DNA from: Vairimorpha necatrix
Taxonomy: Eukaryota
Length of the DNA stretch: 64,000 nucleotides
NCBI GenBank assembly: GCA_036630325.1
Contig: CP142729.1
Location: 992,001-1,056,000, forward strand
Direction of reading: 5' to 3'
Part shown: positions 26,901-38,302 of the stretch, in pieces
How positions within the stretch are numbered: the first letter of the stretch is position 1
How the letters are laid out: every line of letters begins with the position of its first letter
The notes under the pieces: generated by a model
The model's input: the letters and a program-made list of their open reading frames with translations, nothing else
Databases searched by the model: none
Told to the model about the DNA's origin: nothing
Translations under genes and position numbers: made by a program

Positions 26901-28253
26901 TCCTCTTTGAATGAAAACCAGAGAAATGCCTTTGATATAATTACAGATAATATAGATAAAAGAGGCAATTTATTCTTTTTAGATGGACCAGCTGGATCAG
27001 GAAAGACATATTTATATAATGTCCTGATCGAGTATCTAAGTAAGAGTAAAAAATCTTCAATACAGATGGCAACCACAGGTATTGCTGCAGATTTATTAAA
27101 GGATGGAAGAACAATGCATAGTTGTATGAAACTTCCTGTTCCTTTGACAGAGACCAGCGTATCTAGACTAAAGCAAAATACTCCAGAAGCAGAGAGAATA
27201 ATAAAGGCCTCATTATTGCTGATAGATGAAGTTTCGATGATGTCAAAACATGCATTGGACGCAATAGATGAGGTGCTTAAAAGACTCTGTAATAATAATG
27301 ATATCTTTGGAGGGAAGACCTTATTGTTGGGTGGTGACTTTAGACAGACATCAACCATTGTAATGAAGGGTACTCCAAATGATATCATCGAGAACTCATT
27401 AATTAGTTCAAGACTTTGGGTACATGTCTGTGTACTAAAGCTTGAAACGAACATGAGATCTTATAATCAATTGGAGTTTAATAAGTGGTTGTTAGATATA
27501 GGTGAGGGGCGTACTAGAGATAGTAAAGGATGTGTGGAGATACCCAAAGAATATCTTGAAGAAGGGGACATAGTCGATAGCATTTTTGGAACAATCAAAA
27601 TTGAAGCAGGTGATGATTCTTTGTTTGATAAGATTATCTTAACGAGCAAAAATGAACATGCAAATGAATTGAATGCCAAAGTGTTAAACCTTCTCAAAGG
27701 ACCTTCGAGGGTATATGTGAGTTCTGATGCTATAGAATCAGAGGATATCGAAGAACAACTGAGATTTCCTCTTGAGTTCTTGAACATGCAACAGCCATCA
27801 GGACTTCCTCCACATAAGTTAGTATTGAAGATAGGGGCAATAGTGATGTTGTTACGCAATATTGATCCTAAGAATGGATTATTAAATGGGACCAGATTGA
27901 AGATAAAAGGTCTTAAAGATAATTACATCTTAGGTGAAATAATAACAGGAAGGGGAAGGGGCACCCTTGCTGTTATACCAAAGATAGACATGATGCCAAG
28001 TGACACTCTTCTTCCGTTTGTACTTAAAAGAAGACAGTTTCCTGTGGTATTGTCATATGCGATGACAATACATAAAGCACAGGGACAGTCTTTTGACAAA
28101 GTGGGAGTGTATTTGCCTGAGGATGTATTTTCTCATGGTCAATTATACGTAGCTTTGTCAAGAGTGAAGAAGAGTGAAAACTTGAGAGTCAAGTTGGGGG
28201 GAAACAGGGGCAATGTCAAAAATGTAGTTCTACGTGAACTAATTGGCCCATAA
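23949..28253 (+). CDS. Helitron Rep/helicase (HUH Y2 endonuclease + PIF1-family helicase), 1434 aa, uninterrupted
   Basis: CAFCGALHF..CC, PDLFITMTCNP, EFQKRGLPHAH, KYIFKYIYKG, GPAGSGKT, IDEVSM, TIHKAQGQS and HGQLYVALSRV. Confidence 0.97.
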   Translation: MFTKNQTNCDFSEQPKATITISQEICSNTENDNVIFYGANASVHNTKNKKTNVRETKKRNFIFSFSGENKTILNPTNSTEKTARLTDNTTMQTLTEKLDLACRITSRNHAEHYCGDLKEECAFCGALHFAGEASSNGLYKSCCHFGKVKLQRTRNFPNEIKNLFIGKDKDGKNFKENIRSYNAALSFASLGAQIETVSNGPYVFKIHGQVYHNTYNVNNMESNTPKKYAQLYVVDSDMANSQRMTNPSNRNCDIYIMSKLDGFIRSANPYSNAYKNMSEIIKEQKEVGKEVKDISMVFNKNLDRDQRRYNAPSTSEIAMIFTDPNGEPPFERDIKVYSKGFNSDNLHLDILSPHLDPMTYTLFYPHGEAGWNANLRLESYLGEAQKISLLQYKVAQISIRKDRFNPLLYGGKLFQQWIVDSYLQVEANNLNFIKLNQKKLRVDLYKGLVDYVNNGSESSAKPVILPSSFQGSPRNMRERYHDAMSIVRNFGKPDLFITMTCNPKWKEINENLFEGQTAVDRPDLVAKVFNLKLKSMMEEILAGRVFGEVVAHVYSIEFQKRGLPHAHILIMLKDKIRDENMIDKFVSAEIPSPMENEVLHTCVTKHMIHGPCGLSNLTSPCMENGLCTKEYPKEHNTETRIDKDGYPEYRRSRGAEYNVRGNIVTNANVVPYNAYLLEKYNCHINVEVCTSIKSVKYIFKYIYKGFDCAEMRITDNNEIDHFVNSRYVSAPEATWRLMEYKMHGRSHKIHRLPVHLPQEQLITFEEGREEEAVRLSDLRQTPLLAYFKLNEVDEGAHRFSYSEIPYHYTYKRGEWIRRKNKYSKIITRLYSVSPIEKERFSLRVLLINVKGVKSYEDLRTVNGVVYSSFAEAVEERGLLQDDKEWERALDEAVSTESPSIIRALFGYICAFNKPKNTKELFEKYLGDMSEDLDQNSRDEILSRLKDIVNAHGWSLNALGLDEPINYIKNERAVFDNEQDLDQMISSLNENQRNAFDIITDNIDKRGNLFFLDGPAGSGKTYLYNVLIEYLSKSKKSSIQMATTGIAADLLKDGRTMHSCMKLPVPLTETSVSRLKQNTPEAERIIKASLLLIDEVSMMSKHALDAIDEVLKRLCNNNDIFGGKTLLLGGDFRQTSTIVMKGTPNDIIENSLISSRLWVHVCVLKLETNMRSYNQLEFNKWLLDIGEGRTRDSKGCVEIPKEYLEEGDIVDSIFGTIKIEAGDDSLFDKIILTSKNEHANELNAKVLNLLKGPSRVYVSSDAIESEDIEEQLRFPLEFLNMQQPSGLPPHKLVLKIGAIVMLLRNIDPKNGLLNGTRLKIKGLKDNYILGEIITGRGRGTLAVIPKIDMMPSDTLLPFVLKRRQFPVVLSYAMTIHKAQGQSFDKVGVYLPEDVFSHGQLYVALSRVKKSENLRVKLGGNRGNVKNVVLRELIGP

Positions 28254-28261
28254 GAGCCAAG

Positions 28262-28374
28262 AGATGAAGAAATGCGCCGTGAGCGTACAAGCACTATGCC
28301 ATTTTTCTTCCAATAAGGATGAGATAAAAGATGATAAAATGCGCCGTGAGCGTACAAAAACTATGCCATTTTTT
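28262..28374 (+). repeat. Two-copy subterminal direct repeat in the Helitron 3' end (67-bp period)
   Basis: AATGCGCCGTGAGCGTACAA..ACTATGCCATTTTT at 28271 and 28338. Confidence 0.85.
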
Positions 28375-28430
28375 TAAAGAATAAATATAATGTGATAAAA
28401 TTAAAACATGTACCCATGCAAACACAAACA

Positions 28431-28462
28431 ACCCGTTCTCAGAACGGGTGTGCATACGCTAG
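28431..28462 (+). other. Helitron 3' terminal hairpin + CTAG
   Basis: 9-bp palindrome at 28431-28449 and CTAG at 28459-28462. Confidence 0.9.
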
Positions 28463-29754
28463 TTTCACTATATAAGAATCCCAAGGACACACAATCTTGA
28501 TAATCCTGATATCCAAAAATCTACCCTTTTTATACTTATTGCACCCTTTTAAATTTTCACTCTTTGTAACTTGCACTCTCCGTCCTTCGACGAACTTTTC
28601 TCTACATATTTTTTAAATCGCTTGCTATAATCATTTTCTGGTCATTTCTCGATATTACATTGCCCGTATTATCTTTAACTGCCATAAATAGTGTGCATCT
28701 TAGACCTTCATGGTAACTATTATTATATATCTTATGTGCCTTCATAACTCTTATTTCATAGCTATTTTTGGGATTCATTTTCAAAACAGATTTTCTTAAC
28801 GTACCTATGACGCTTCCAACTCTTACATTTCTTCTATGTGATTCAATACTGATCTTCTTGTAGGTCATATCCAACTTTCTACATAACTCTCTAAATTCCT
28901 CATTTGCAAATTCTCTTCCCTTGTCAGATATGATTTCTTCTGGTCTTTTAACATTTCTACACAAATATTCTATAAATCCAGTTATCGAGCTAGCACGCTT
29001 ATCTTCCAACACTCAACCCCATGCGACTCTCGTATAGTAATCAATAACACTAAAACGAATTTCCTCAAATCTCTATAATCGTTTAAATCCATTTCCACCT
29101 TTTCTAGGTTCGTACTTGTTGCAATAAAATCTCATCCCCCTGATTTTTTCGATTGTATTTTTGGCACTCATCACATTTTTTTATCATAATCTTTATATCT
29201 TCTTTTTTAACCGTTCAATAATAGTTAAATTTTATAGCATAATAAACACTTCCTAGTTTTCTGTAGGTCTGTTCTTCGTGGGACCTCTTCATGAACTCTA
29301 ACCTATCACCTAATGCGGGCATTCCGCCCTACGACCAGAATCAAAATTCCAGTACTCTTTGTCCTCGACCTTCTCAACGTGCTTTAACCATTTCCCCGCT
29401 ATCTGTTTCTCTGCTCTTCGTCTTATCATTTCTCTCTTCGGTTCATTTTCCTCATGGATTCTGCTCAATGCATCGCAACAACCATCTGGTCGGGTTGCCT
29501 ATATTCAATCTCAAAATCGAACACTTGAATCATCTCTTATTACTGTTATTTCCATTATTATTAAAACATGGCTTTCTCCTTATTTCTGCGAAAGCCTTAT
29601 GATCAGTTTTAACTTTAAACCTTCTTCCTCTTAGTTCATACTCAAATTTCATTTTGCCCCAAAATACAGCATATATCTCTTTCTCGCTAATTTCGTATCT
29701 AGATATAGTCGGAGTAAATTTTCTTGATGCCCATTGTACAGGCACTCATTTTTC

Positions 29755-30845
29755 GGTGCTTCTTTATTATGCGATCAGATTTTTTTTAAAAAAAATTCTG
29801 ACCCCCTAAAAATGGAAAATAGTGACTTTAAAATTTCTGATCGCATATCAAAGAAAAGCACGAAAATCAAAATAAAGGCAATACAAAGGCTTTCTATGGT
29901 TGTGACGACTGTTTAAACATATTACTTGAGTTAGAAGTCTCGAAAGAGCAAAAGACGTGCTTTAAATGCAATGAGATTTTAAATGTTGTATTATATAAGG
30001 AGAGAGAGGTTAAAAGAGTGGTTACAGGTGTTCTAATAATAATTGCAGTGCTAAAATATCAGTTAACAAAGGAAGCAAGTTACCTTTATATAATTTTTGT
30101 GAATTAATATTTTTAATTTTGTGTAAGAGTAGTTATTTTACTTTAGAGGCAAAACTAGGAGTTTCTTCATCAACAGTTTCCGATGCAAAAAAAAAAGAAT
30201 TAGAGAAATTTTAAAAACAAAATTTCTAAGAGGCTTATTATTGGTGGATCAGGAAAAATTGTCCAAGTTGATGAGTCTGTAATTTGTAGAAGAGGTAAAA
30301 TAAGAAATCCAACAAGTTGTGATGATATAATCCCTGATACTGTTTGAATACTAGGTATAGTAGAAGCATCTAATCCTACGAAGTTTTACATTACAGTGGT
30401 GGATAATAGGAAAGTCGAGTGTTTAACAGCTGCTCTAGAAGGTAAAATAGGCGTTGGTTCGATTTTTACATAGTGATGGTCATCCGAGTTATCCAAGTGT
30501 AGCACGAAATCTTTGTCTTGAACATAAGGTAGTAAACCACTCTATCGGGTTTAAATCTACAGATGGTACTCATACCAATAACATTAAGAATGTATGGTCG
30601 CAGCTAAAATCTGAAATGACCAAAGAACATGGAGTTAAGAGTAATGAAATTGATTCATGGCTCAATGAATTTATATTTAGGAAAAGTTTTGTAGAGGGGA
30701 CAATTTAGAAGAGTTTTACGACTGTTATGTTGATTTATTATATAATTTACATAATTAAATCAAATTTATAGTATTTTTTAACGTTTTTTCATATTTTCCT
30801 TTACAAGGGGGGTCTTGGTGTCCGATCGCATACCAAAGAAGCACC
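29755..30845 (+). mobile_element. Merlin-like transposon nested in gypsy B
   Basis: TIR GGTGCTTCTTT..TATGCGATC.GA, perfect 8-bp TSD CATTTTTC, and motifs VQVDES, HSDGHPSY, VVNHS, HTNNI. Confidence 0.92.
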
Positions 30846-32949
30846 CATTTTTCTTTTTAATTTTTCTGCATTTATACAGCTCCCATACCAATATTACTCG
30901 CATTCGTTCTTAATAAAATTCTTTCTCGTAATTAACAATCCTCAATTTTCCTTTTTCTCGAGCACTTTTTTTATATTCTCAAATTCAATATCCAACTCCT
31001 CAGTCCAATGTTAACTTTTGTTTTTCCCTCTTCGGCAATCTGTCATGTGAATCGTTTCTTCTATAAATCCTGTGAATTAACACTTAATCCTAAAAAATCT
31101 TCTTACGTCTATTACATTTTACGGCTTCGAGAACTCTAATGCCTCATTCTTTTTCATCTCAAATGGCATCATATCCTTTCCATTCAATGTTAATCCAATA
31201 ATTTAACTTCTGATTGACAATGCTATATCTTCTTCGAGTTTAATCTCATGTTATTCTCTTCTAACAGCGTCATTGTCTCTAAGAACAATCTGTCGTGTTC
31301 TTCTCTAGTCTTGGCGTGTATCACAATATCATCCATATAAACTTCTATACCTCTTCCCAAATATTTTTCAAAAATCTTATTTTTAATCTTTTGCATGATC
31401 TGTGGCTAATTTTCAAACCCCATGATCATGCTGTTCCACTCGTATACTTTCTTATTAACTCAAACGCGGTCTTGTGCTTATAAGCTTCTTCTATCTCAAC
31501 ACCCATAAAGGCTTCTTTAAGGTCAATAACGCTCATAATCTTATGACTTGCGTAAACCTAATAATATCCCTGATGTTGCATAGCTCATATGATCCTTTTC
31601 TACTAAATCGTCTAGTGCAATAAGATTACTGACTAAACGTATGCTACCATTCGGCTTAATTATAGCCTTTATCGGATTCCTCCATTCAGAAGTTGATCTT
31701 TTAATCACATTTCTTTCTTCTAAATCCTCTATGTGTTAAAATAGATCATTTTATGCGCTTGAGGAATCATCTGTCCCTTCTGCACGACTTTTTTATGCTT
31801 CGGTCTTTATTTAATATTTCTCTATTCTACGATATTTAATTCTTTCCTTATTTTTCATCAATAACGGTTTTAAATTTCTTATTAACATCTTCTAAAGTTG
31901 ACCCTTTAAATGCTGTCGTCTCGTAATTTCTCTTCTTGATCTCTTCTACTTTTCTAGTTTGTTCCCATAGTGATCCAACCTATCCTCTATCTGTTTCTTT
32001 CGTTTTTTACGGCCCAAGTATTCCTAATATCTTTCATCGCTGCTGCTACTGTCCTCTTGATATATCTTCTCACATTCTTGTTTATTCCTCTCCTCTCTGT
32101 ATCTATTATAACATCTATTACTTTATTGTACTACACTTTCACAATAAAAACATCTCATAGACCTCACATGCCGTCTCCTACGCACTATCTACTCTGTATA
32201 TATACCTTTTGTCAAATTCTTTGTGACCTCTTCAATCATTCTAAATCTCCCTTCTCCATCTTCATAATCTTTTACAATCTCTTTTAGTCGTATTCATATC
32301 ATGTCATGATGATCCTCTAAACTTATATTCATAACCATAAAAATTTTCAGCTCTAAACTTCCCTTTTCAAAAATAATTTTCTTCAAATCTTCATCGCTTT
32401 TACACTCAATAACTCAGATTTCTTTAACATGTTCTCATAATCCTGCAGAATTTTTATGGCCTCTTGGCCACAGCCAACACTTGTTAACTCACGATTTAGT
32501 ATCGAACCCATGTATTTATTTTCCATAATTGGGGGTTCGGAAATGTTAGAATATATAACATTATATTCATTAGATCTCATGGAGGTCAATTCTGCGAAAT
32601 TTCACCTCTAATTTTTCATACTTATTTGTTGTGATGTGCAATATTTAGATTATGTTTTCCAATAGCTGTTTAAGTATTTTTGTGTCGTTCAAAATTTAAT
32701 TGTCTATACACATAAAATGTATTTAGTTCTTTATAGTTTAATGTTTTCGTAGCATACAAACAAAATTTATTTGTTATTATATTGCTAATTTAATTATACT
32801 TTAACATCGCTTGCGAATAAACTTCACGTAATATTCTATAACTAATTAGGAAGTTAGATTAGCCTCTAGACCTTTTCTTGTTATCGCGCGATATATTTAT
32901 TTCGTTATTATATAAATATATATGTTACAATAAAGGTTATTATGTTTTT

Positions 32950-34482
32950 GGACCTTCGTGGTCAAAAAGGGCATTAAAGCAAATTTGTCATTTTTTCCCC
33001 AAAGATGAAATGTCGAGAGATAAAGCTCATGAACAATTAAATAATGTCAAATGTAAAGAAGACTGTGAAGTGTCCAAAATGCGATGCTGAAACAAAAAAA
33101 ACTACAAAAAATAATTTTGTAGCTATAGTTGTTTGAAAAGCATGGAGAATCAAAGTGTCATTATCAAAAGACACCCATTAAATTACAATACGAAGTATTT
33201 TAGACATTTTGTTAGAAAATAAAGTATGGTCTTGGAAAGTTAAACATGCCGCTGAATCAGAATTACTCAATATTGATCATAAATGTATAAGACCAATAAT
33301 TAAAAAATAATTTTTTAATGAGGAAAATCAGTTTATAATTATCTTGTAAAATAGCATTTCGGGGATAATTTATAAATAGATGAAAGACAATTTCTTCAAG
33401 TTTATACCACAGATGACGCCGTGTCTAGATGCCTAAATTTTTTGAGTGGTTAAAGAATTGCACATAGAAGATCAAAAACGATTTCAGTGAAAATAGAAAA
33501 TCTATTCTTAAAGGATTGAACAAAAATAGTACTTACTGTGAATCAATAATACACAATGACTCTTTCCATCTCAAACTATATTCAAAGAAAATTCGGCCGA
33601 GCATAAAACTGTTAATCATAAACTATAGTTTGTAAATATCTTAATAGCTCCCATATTCACACTATTAAAGAAAATTATATTGAAGTAAAAACGAGACTTC
33701 AGCAAGGTCCATAACAAGACTGTTTCCTAATATATTAATAAGATTATATGAATTTTTGGTAGATGGCCGTTTGTAACCCGCTTTGAAATTTTAAAGGACC
33801 CTCTTTTAAAAAATGGCAAAATTGTCAAAAACAATGTTTGTTGAGGCAGATGAGTCTTTTAAAAATGAAATGTATTTATACATGGAAAACAAAAAAAAAT
33901 TATTTTGAAAACATCTGATTCAGAATCGGCGTGCGCTTTGCTCGTTTCTGTAACTAGTAGAAATACTGCTATTTCCTTAAGGCAATACAATATAATGTAT
34001 AACCTGTTTCTATTATGATCTCTAACCAATGGGTAGCATACGAGGCCACATTAAACAAGCAAAGGGATGGACACAGTATTATGAATCACCTCATCAATGG
34101 TGTAACCCCTAGCGATTCTGAGTCATAATACCAAATAATTTAGTTGGTTTTAGCTCATTTCTATAAGAGATATTCTATCCATACATTGAATAAACCAAGA
34201 CGAACACTATGAGTATTTTTACAGTTCATCTGGGCCTTCCAAATTTTCTTTAATCAACGGATAAATTTTCTTCTTTTATTATTTTAAATAAATCGTTAAG
34301 TCTCTTTTTTATTAATTTTTTTTATTTTGCCCTTTTTTTGAATTTTTCAAAGAGGGTTCCAAACGGTCATGTACCAATTTTTTTAAAAGTGATTTATTTT
34401 TTAATCATTTATGCCGCCTTGACTTTTCAAAAATGGGATTTTTTTGAAAAAATATTTATAGACATAAAACGCCACAGTGGCT
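32950..34482 (+). mobile_element. Degenerate Merlin host element
   Basis: IDE and HKTVNHKL remnants, right end CCACAGTGGC. Confidence 0.55.
33758..34375 (+). mobile_element. Internally deleted Merlin (618 bp)
   Basis: TIR GGTA.ATG.CCGTTTG.AACCC.CTTTGAAA, flanked by AATTTTT on both sides. Remnants EADES, SNQWVAY and MNH. Confidence 0.8.
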
Positions 34483-34616
34483 CTTGAATTAAAAAGTGTT
34501 TAAAATGGCAGACTTACATTTTAATTTTTGTGTAATGGGTCGATTTTTGCGACAAATAGATCTTGGAAGAGGCATGGTTATCTTAATGAATCCGAGAAAA
34601 ATTGGTTAAATTAAGG

Positions 34617-35806
34617 GGCGCAACGGTCCGAGGCCGGACTTTTTTTCTCTCAACGGGGGAACTTTAGAGAGAAACGAAATAACAATAATAATAAAAGCAT
34701 TTTATTCTGAGGAAACTTTGATAATTTCAATGAAATTCTCTCCCCAACTATTCATATTTTTATTTATTGCGCACCTTCTTCTTTATTTAAATCCTCCAAT
34801 AAATCTGAGTTCGTTTTTCTTTATTCTATTTTCTAGCTATTATATTAGATTTAAGTCGTGACCAGACTCCCTCTATTAAATTTGTGGTCTCTCCTGCTTC
34901 GTTTTTAAAGTCGCAATCGTATACTACAATGCGATGATAATAAATGATTCTACTGCTGCGGGATAAGTTTTACGATGTCAATTATGCAAGTCGTTTCGTT
35001 TTTTATGTATTTTTTGAAAAACTGAATCATCGCATGGATAGTCCGGTTAGGTACTATCTCGATTCTCAATTCTTGCGTTTGCTCGTTTAGTGTACCTACC
35101 AACCATGTACAGTTTCGGGCTGTGTCATATCTTTTTTATGTGATTTGCAAATTTCCCCTTTACAATAACCGTTTCATCGGCTTTAGTCACTTTTTCAACA
35201 CCCTATTTTTTTGGTGTTTGATACTTCCTTTTTGCAGTGCTTCATATAATTTTTTTAACCCTAAGGACACTGGAAGCTTAAACACGTGAATTTTTGTTGA
35301 GGTTTAGTTTAGACTGTTTTTCAGTAGATGGATCCGGAATATACAAATAAATATGTATAGGTATTCGGGAATAGAAAATGAAGTTTTATGAAAAACTCCC
35401 ATTAATGTTTCACATCCCTCCTTTCCCCTACACTTAAACTGGTGGCGGCTTTGTACATAAATCCCGAAATTAATACCATTATAAAAGATCCATTTGTACA
35501 TTATATGGCTGTTTTTAGTAGATTTTCATCCATTAGCCAATATATTGCCTCATGTGAATCTTGGAAGATTTTTGACCTACTGTCAAGTGGTCCAGACATG
35601 CCATAAGGGTAGAATATTTTTGAAAAAATCATCTAAAAAATAAAAAAGTTTAGTGTAAGAAATGCGAATCTAAATGAAATATAAAAAATCCGTGAAATTT
35701 TGACTCTTGGGATATTCTTCGTATAAACATTTCTCCACTTTATGGTCTGTGCCCGGATTTAGTACGTAATAAAAATAAGGAAAGTCCGGGCTCAGACCGT
35801 TGAGCC
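34617..35806 (-). mobile_element. Degenerate Merlin (1190 bp)
   Basis: TIR GGC.CAACGGTC.GAG.CCGGACTTT, 9-bp TSD AAATTAAGG/AATTTAAGG, and minus-strand VTKADET. Confidence 0.8.
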
Positions 35807-37142
35807 AATTTAAGGAACTGAGTCTTTTTATAGTCAGAAAAAGTGTAGAGCTTTCCAGATAAGAGCGCACAAGAAAGTATAATATAGAAGTATTCGTGTT
35901 GTAGATAAATTGATTAAACCATTATCAAATGATTTCGAAAGTGAACGCCTGATAAATGCGGTATCAAGTTTAGACTTTAATAAAACTACTTATAATATAT
36001 ATTATTTTTGTATCAACTTTAAAATAGAAAAAACTATAAAAAAAATATGTTAAAATCTTCGCTAAGGAAATGTAACTGTTTTTTTATTTTTTTGAAAATA
36101 CATTATTCGACCGAGCCAATCTTCGTCATGACATCACGACATCATGAGACAAAGTATTAATCAACGATTCTTTCAAACTCGAGAATAAAAAATATTCAAT
36201 ATTCAGAAAACCTCTCTAATAGGAATATCTAATGCGACGCAAACAAAAAATAATTAAATTAAATTTTATTTGTTCAAATATGGCACAGCTGGTTAGGTCA
36301 AAAGCTATTTTAATAATTTTGAGAAACTTCGACGAAACCTTACCTTAAAAATAATAACAGATACCATCGGTGACTCGTGAGTACGCTATGGTGGTGCGAT
36401 TATTATTTTAACAGTATTTCAAATCATAAAATTGAGATCGTCAAATGTTTGTTGGCATCAAATATTTATAAGCAGCAAAACAAAGAGTTTGTTTTGAAAA
36501 ATACATGTAATAAGATTGATATGCTTGCAATATTATTGTATGATTTTGATGCATCCTAATTAATAGAATTCAATAATGTGTGACTAATAAATGAAGCACT
36601 ATGATCTAAGGGCATAATACAAATACAGTCGCATAATATCTATCGCTTAGTTTATAGAATTGATATAAATTCCTTATAAAAAACATTTTACATAATATAA
36701 CATTACTAAAAAAATTAAAATAAAAAACATCTAGCTAAATTGGCTGTCAAGTGACAGATCTCCATAGGTCCTAAGATTGACCTAAAGCTCAGAGAATACG
36801 ATTCTATAAGTATTCTTTTCCTTCTCCCACTATGTTTATGGAGGGAAAATGTATAATATTTTCCCGCCTATAAATATAAAAGAAAATCATACCCAGAAGG
36901 GTATGAAGAATAATAAAAACATTAGTTTAAAACATTCTTCTTGGACTAATGGAAAATCTTCAGTCCCCATTGGCTTTTATAAATTATTTACATTTTTTTT
37001 TATTTTTGTGTTATGCAATATAAAGGATGCTTTAAAGTAAACACAAACAAAGGATTTATTTTTTTATGAAAGGTGCAAAAAGATTATATGAAGATTTCAG
37101 ATCGGAAAAAAAGTTTATGTATACTAACAAAATTCTTACGTT

Positions 37143-37490
37143 CTATTGCAAATAAATATACAATGCATCATTGTATATTTGAAGTAGTTTCCTGGGCGTA
37201 ACTACTGCATATAATTTATTCGTTGTAGATGGTCGTAAACATAATTTTCGCTCATTTACAAACCAGTCATCAATCGAACAAGTGCTTAAATTTAGTATCG
37301 ATGCGATGTCATTTTTTAAATCCTTAGAAGGATAAACCGTCAACCTAAAAATTTTTTTCAAAACAAAAAGTTGGATTCGTGTAAAATTCAGTTTTTTAGG
37401 ATAAACTTTTTTATCCTTACGCATCCTCAACAGACCAAACAAAGCTTCTACATATTTTTCATCTTCGTTTTTTGAATATTTTATATCCAT
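37143..37490 (-). CDS. Small homeodomain transcription factor
   Basis: FTRIQLFVLKKIFRLTVYPSKDLKNDIASILNLSTCSIDDWFVNER fits a homeodomain (WF-N-R). The N-terminal EALFGLL motif recalls microsporidian HD proteins. Confidence 0.85.
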   Translation of the reverse strand: MDIKYSKNEDEKYVEALFGLLRMRKDKKVYPKKLNFTRIQLFVLKKIFRLTVYPSKDLKNDIASILNLSTCSIDDWFVNERKLCLRPSTTNKLYAVVTPRKLLQIYNDALYIYLQ

Positions 37491-38302
37491 AAATAAAAAT
37501 GAATTTAAATACTAAATTATCATTAAAAAAAATCAGATTAAACAAAATTGTTAATTAAATAATTACTCTATATGTTAAAATAACAAATTTTTTGAATTTA
37601 ATTAATTTATATTTAAATTTTTAAATTGTTTATATTAACAATATGTTTGTTTTTCTGATCGTTGTTTAATGATTTATCATATAAATATATTAATTTTGTT
37701 TGTTTGTAAAAAAAAATTAACAATCCAAACTTCGTAGCAATTCTTCAAATTATGATAGTACTTTTAAAAAAAAAGCATTACATTATTTAACTTCCGAGGT
37801 AATATGTATAGCTCGAGAAATTTAACTATATAATCGTAACTAATATATAGAAACATATTTTTAACGACAAAATACATACAAAAACAAACTATATGTTTCG
37901 TACTTTTTATATTGTTTTTAAAAAGCTTTAACATGTCAAATGTTATAAAAAAGGTGCAAGCCAGTAAACAATAAATTCATCATAATTTTATTGGGATTTC
38001 TCTAAACTCCAAGACTTAAATATTATCACCTTGTTTAATATGATGTTTTAACGAATTTATAAACTTGAATAAGGTTTTTTGTATCAAAGTCATCGGTTTT
38101 ATGTTATTTTTTATCAGGTTCAAATAACAACAATGACAAGTATAACTGTTCAATTTAATGAAAAAATACACAGCAACGCATTAACAGACAACAAAAATTA
38201 CAATATCAATATGAAAAGTCCAATATATGTAGCAAATTAAAAAACATTATACATTATTTAAATATGTAATAATTCTTTGATTTAATATTCATGCATTTAT
38301 AT

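Larger units (their letters stand above)
23323..28462 (+). mobile_element. Full-length autonomous Helitron (5140 bp)
   Basis: 5' TCATCATCATCATATATATAAAAG, 3' hairpin ACCCGTTCT-C-AGAACGGGT then CTAG. Inserted at A|T without a TSD. Confidence 0.95.
23177..32560 (-). mobile_element. Gypsy-type element B, 48/50-bp LTRs, ~3.15 kb net, interrupted by Helitron and Merlin
   Basis: LTRs 32511-32560 and 23177-23224, PPT at 23225-23235, VYMDD, PVQWAS and ISDKGREF. The integrase tail DSYIVK|LMNGRLVKRRHYDLK rejoins across the Helitron. Confidence 0.88.
32561..36735. repeat. Inverted paralog of 1030-3480 with two extra Merlin insertions
   Basis: See 1030-3480. The insertions 33758-34375 and 34617-35806 are absent from the other copy. 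Confidence 0.75.

Noticed and set aside
24310-28357. Short alternative-frame and antisense ORFs over RepHel (also 44017-45251, 47018-47272, 50334-50747)
   Set aside because: Shadow ORFs of real transposon genes, with no recognisable motifs.
28262-28374. CRISPR-like repeat-spacer
   Set aside because: Only two units, inside a eukaryotic Helitron end, and no cas genes.
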